The notes beneath the pieces were generated by a model, which was not told where the DNA came from, made no database searches, and saw only the letters and a program-made list of their open reading frames with translations. 24,187 nucleotides of DNA from Chiloscyllium plagiosum. Taxonomy: Eukaryota. Below, in pieces: positions 19,757-24,187 of the stretch. The position numbers were made by a program, and so were the translations under genes. The DNA lies in contig NC_057759.1 of the NCBI RefSeq assembly GCF_004010195.1, forward strand, positions 634,264 through 658,450. Direction: 5' to 3'. Each line of letters starts with the position of its first letter. Position 1 is the first letter of the stretch.

Positions 19757-22120
19757 AGAGGCGAGGAGACAGGGCAGAAGACGTGACGGCTGCCCGGAAG
19801 TTTTTAAGTTGGTGAGATCTAAACCTGAGACCCGACACCGTCGGGCCTCCCTCCCACTGACCTCCTCTAACCTTTCGAAGAGTCTGTAAACTCGGTAAGT
19901 TTCAGGTTTGTTGTTTTGTTTTTTTCTTTTTTCTCTTTTCTTCTCTTCCTTTGTTTAGTCCTGTGCGGGCTTTCAGACTAGCGGGGTATGGCTGATAAGG
20001 GGGTTGCGGGTTCCTCATGCAGAATGTGGCAGGTGAAAGAAACTACACATGTCTCTGCCGAGCACATGTGCAGGAAGTGCACCCAACTCCAGCTCCTCGA
20101 AACCCGAATTAGGGAACTGGAGCTGGAGCTGGATGAACTATGGATCATTCAGGAGGCTGAGGGAGAAATTGAGAGAATGTGTCGGGAGATGATGACTCCT
20201 AAGACACAGGATAAGGACAGCTGCGTACAGTCAGGTAGAAGAGAGGGAATCAACAGATAGGGCAGGTAACCAAGTGACCGTTCGCTTCAGCAATACGTTT
20301 ACCATTTTGGATACTGCTGGTGGGGTTGGTGTACCGGGGAAGCCATAATTGTCAGGTCTTTGGCACTGAGCCTGGTACTGTGGCTCAGAAGGGAAAAGTA
20401 GAAAATAGATAAGTGCTAGTGGTAGGGGACTCAATAGTTCGCTGGATTGACAGGAGATTTTGTGGTCAGGAACAGGACTTCCGGAAGGCATGTCGCTTCT
20501 CCGCTGCCATGGTCTGGGATGTCACCAATTGGGTATACAGAATACTGAAGGGAGAAGGTTACAGCCGGAAACCGTGAAACATTTTGGCACGAATGATATA
20601 GCCAGGAAAGAGTGTGAGGATCCGAAAAGTGACTCCAGAGATCTAGGTTGGAAGCTGAAGAGAAAGACGAGTAGAATAGTGATCTAGGATTTGCGACCAG
20701 TGCCACGAGATAGTGAGATGAGTAACAGTCAGCGAATTTAGCTGAACACGTGGCTGCGAGGCTGGTGCGGGAGGGAGGGCCTCAGATACCTATAACATTG
20801 CGATGCCCCCGGGGAAAGGTGGGATTTGTACATGAAAGACAGGTTGCATCTGAACTGTCGGGGCACAAATGTCATGGGTGGGAAATTTGCTCGCGTGGTT
20901 TGGTAGGGTTTAAATTAGTTTGGCAAGAGGGTGGGAATCAGAGCTACATATCTGAGAGGGGGAATTTGGAGATGGGGCAGTGACAGGATGTAGTGAATCT
21001 ATCGGGAACGTTCCTCACGTGATGAAACAGAGGGATCGGTTAAAGTGCGTCTACTTTAACACAAAGCATGTCAGAAATAAGTGTGATCAACTTAGAGCAT
21101 GGATCAGCACTTGAGGCTATGATGCTGTGACTTAACGGAGACGTGGGTTTCACAGGGCAGGAATGGTTGCTAGATGGTCCAAGGTTTAGAACGTTTAAAA
21201 ATAACAAGGAGGGTGGAAAAAGAGGGAGGGGTGTAGCATTGCTAATCAGAGAGTGCATTAGAGCTACGGAAATGAAGATTGTTGAGGAAGGTTTTTCTAC
21301 TGAGTCAGTATGGGTGGAAGTTAAGAACACCAAGGGAGCAGACACCTCATTAGGAGTTTTCTACCGATCCCCTAATATCAGTAGAGAGATTAAAGAAGTC
21401 ATAGGCCGGCAGATTTTGGAAAAATACAGATGCAGCAGGGTTGTTGTTGTGGGTGATTTTAACTTTTCCAATATCGACTGGAACCTCGTTAGTGCAGATG
21501 GATTGGATCCCCTGGTTTTAACAGGGGATTGAGTTTAAGAGCTGCGAGGTTTTGCGACAGCTCTATAAGTCCCTGGTGAGGCCCCACTTGGAATATTGTG
21601 TCCAGTTCTTTTCGGCCTACTGTAGGAAAGATACAGAGGCTTGGGAGACTGTGCGAAGAAGGTTTACGAGAATGCTGCCTGGCCTGGAGGGCTTGTCTTA
21701 CGAAGAGAGGTTGACAAAGCTCGGACTTTTCTCTCTGCAGAAGAAAAGGAATAGGGGTGACCTGGTCGAGTTATACAAGGTAATGAGAGGCTTGGATAGA
21801 GTAAATTGCCAGATACTTTTCCCAGGACAAGATTGACCTGCACCAGTGGTCATAGTTTTAAGATGTTAGAAGGGAGGTAAAGAAGGAATGTCAGAAGTAC
21901 GCAGAGAGTTATGAATGCATGAAATGCGTTACCAGCGGTGGTGATGGAAGCAGAGTTATTAGGGACATCTAAGTGATTGCTGGGCATACATCTGGACAGC
22001 AGTGAATTGTGGGGTGCGTAGGTTAGGTTATTTTACTTTACATTATGATTAATTCTCGACACAACACCGTGGACCAAAGGCACTATTTTCTGCTGTATAT
22101 TTCTATGTTCTCTGTTCTAT
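19757..22120 (+). mobile_element. CR1 LINE with both termini but a large internal deletion removing the RT core
   Basis: 5'UTR, ORF1 from ATG 19988, endonuclease to GDFNFSNIDW..GLD (~21507), then a direct jump to RGIEFK..LYKSLVRPHLEYCVQF and tail ttctatgttctctgttctat. Degenerate TSD gtaag..tttaatg at 19742 and 22121. Confidence 0.9.
19988..20918 (+). pseudogene. CR1 ORF1 relic (Zn finger, leucine zipper, SGNH esterase)
   Basis: SSCRMW..CRKCTQLQLLETRIRELELEL; VLVVGDSIVR (GDS at 20425-20433); HFGTNDI; DRLHLN (20838). Contains stops and frameshifts. Confidence 0.9.
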
Positions 22121-23525
22121 GTAAGACTGTTTAATGTTAAGGGCCGATGGTTAGAGTGTCTTTTATTCATGATGACTAATATCTGGGATTTGTGTGTCCT
22201 GCCTGTTACTTGCCCCTTGTCGGCTCAAGTTGGGATATTGTTCACATCTTGTTCCATTTGAGTTCAGGCTGCTTCAGTATTTGAGGAGTCGCAAATGATG
22301 CTGAACACTGTGCATCGTGGACGAACATCCTCACTTCTGATCTTATGACAGAGGCAAATCATTAATAACGCAGTTTAAGATTGTTTTACCGAGAACATTA
22401 CCCTGAAGGACTGCTGCAGAGGTGACATGGAGCTGAGGTACTGACCCTCCACAACCACAACAATCTTATTTTATGCGAGGTATGACGCTAACTAGCGGAA
22501 CGTTTGCCCCTTGATATAGATTGAGCCCAGTTTTGCCAGGTCTTCGTTATGCCATACTCAGACATATGTCAAGGGCTGTCACTTTTACCGTACCTCTGGA
22601 ATTCAACCCTTTTGTCCATATTTGAAACAAAGTTGTAATTACATCAGTTGCTAAGTTACCCTGGAAAAACCCAAACTGGGCCTCACTGAGCAGATTGTTG
22701 CTGATCACGTGCTGCTTGATAGCACTGTTGACGATCCTTCCAACATCCACTTACTGATGATGGAAAATAGATTGATTGGGCGGTAATTGGCTGAGATGCA
22801 TTTGTTCTTTTTCTTTGTGTACAGGACATAGCTGGGCAATTTTCGACATTGCCGGGTATATGCCAGTGTTGTAATTCTGCTGGAAGAGCTTGGCTAGGGG
22901 AGCAACAAGTTATCGAGCACACTTCCTCAGTGCTCTTGACGGAATGTTATCAGGGCCCAATGTGTTTGCAGTGTCCAGTGGCTCCAGTCATTTCTTGATA
23001 TCACTTAGAGTGAATCGAATTGGCTGGAGACTGGTGTCTGTGATGTTGGGGACAATTGGAGGAAACCGAGATGGATCATTCACTCGCTACTTTGAGTGTA
23101 GATTGTTGCAAATGTATCAGACTTATCTTTTGCAATGATATGCTGGCTCCTCCGTCATTGAGGATGGGGATGTTCGTGGAGCATCCTCCTCCAATGAGTT
23201 GTTTAATTGTCCACAACCATTCATGACTGGATGTAGAAGGACTGCAGATGTGACCCGTTGGTTGTGAGATCGCTTAGTGCTGTGCATCACTTGCCGCTTA
23301 TGCCATTTGGCACGCAAGTAGTCCTATTTGGTGGCTTCACCAGGATGTCTCCTCATTTTTAGGTATGCATGATGTTGCTCCTGGCATGCCCTCCTGAACT
23401 CCCCATTGAACCAAGGTTAATACCCTCGTTTGATGGTAATGTCTGAGGAGGTATATGCCAATCTATGAGGTTGAAATTTGTTCCGAAGTACAGTTCTGTT
23501 GTTGATAACCCACAACAGCTCATAG
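22121..23525 (-). mobile_element. Continuation (RT region) of the L2/CR1-group LINE split by the 19757-22120 insertion
   Basis: NNLLSEAQFGF..ALDI (ORF 22547..22750), PSG*CSR (decayed PQGSVLG) ~22400, GPDNIP ~22950. Confidence 0.8.
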
Positions 23526-23529
23526 ACTG

Positions 23530-24187
23530 AAAAGGGTCTGGACCTTTTTGTACATCAATCTCTATTGCAGAAGCTCGTAGTAGCTAGGAAGCTAAATGTT
23601 ATGTTGACAGTCATTTCAAGGGGATTTGAGTACAAGTTTAAGGTTGACTTTCTGCAGCTCTCCAGGGCCAAGGTGATGCCTCATGTCAAACATTCTTCAG
23701 TATCGTGTGGAGTTTTGGTCTCCTTGGCTAACAAAAGATAAACCTGACACTGAGGGAGTGCAATGAATGATGACCAAACTGATGTCTGAGATGACAGACT
23801 TGTTGAGTGAATCAGAGATTGTGTAGGGGTTTAGGAGAAAGAGTGGAGATCTCAACAAAACATATCGAACTCTAATAGGGTGGGACAGAATGGAAGCATG
23901 GATGATAACTCCCCTGACTAGGACGTCTGAAACAAGGGGTCACAGTATAAGGTATAGGCAGGCCAGTCTGCATTGATATGAGAATAAATGTCTGTACTCA
24001 GTCTCTGAGGAACCTGGGAAATTCTCTATCACATACGGCTGTGGAAGCCAAGGTACTGAATATACAGGGAGAGTTCGAGACAGTAAAGGGAGAGAGTAGG
24101 TGCATGGTGTGAAATAAAAGGTTAGCCATTATTACATTGATTTGGGCAGAAAACTAGATGGACCCCAGGGATTACTGAAGCTCCTAT
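23530..24187 (+). mobile_element. Old CR1 3' fragment (ORF2 C-terminus and 3'UTR)
   Basis: ISRGFEYK ~23612, GDLNKTY ~23845, TRGHSIR ~23932, NLGNSLS ~24010. Confidence 0.7.

Overview
Non-genic vertebrate DNA made almost entirely of nested, decayed retroelements. The repeat content is typical of a cartilaginous fish (shark/ray), an inference from family resemblance only. It includes CR1/HER1-type LINEs with an SGNH-esterase ORF1, an HE1/V-SINE, an L2/CR1-group LINE, Penelope-like (PLE) fragments, a Gypsy gag-protease relic and probable solo LTRs. No intact protein-coding gene, autonomous element, CRISPR array or prokaryotic system is supported, and nearly all listed ORFs are retroelement fragments or antisense shadows. 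Best observations: (i) fold-back PLE insertions with 15-bp target-site duplications (TSDs), one (10153-10342) being a 66-bp near-perfect hairpin around an intact minimal hammerhead-ribozyme core; (ii) a CR1 with both ends retained but the whole RT core deleted (19757-22120); (iii) a candidate host terminal exon (1881-2100); (iv) a perfect 21-bp palindrome (7397-7445). Most of these are variants of known phenomena; I do not see convincing evidence for a wholly new biological system. Boundaries were read by eye and are approximate unless a TSD is quoted.
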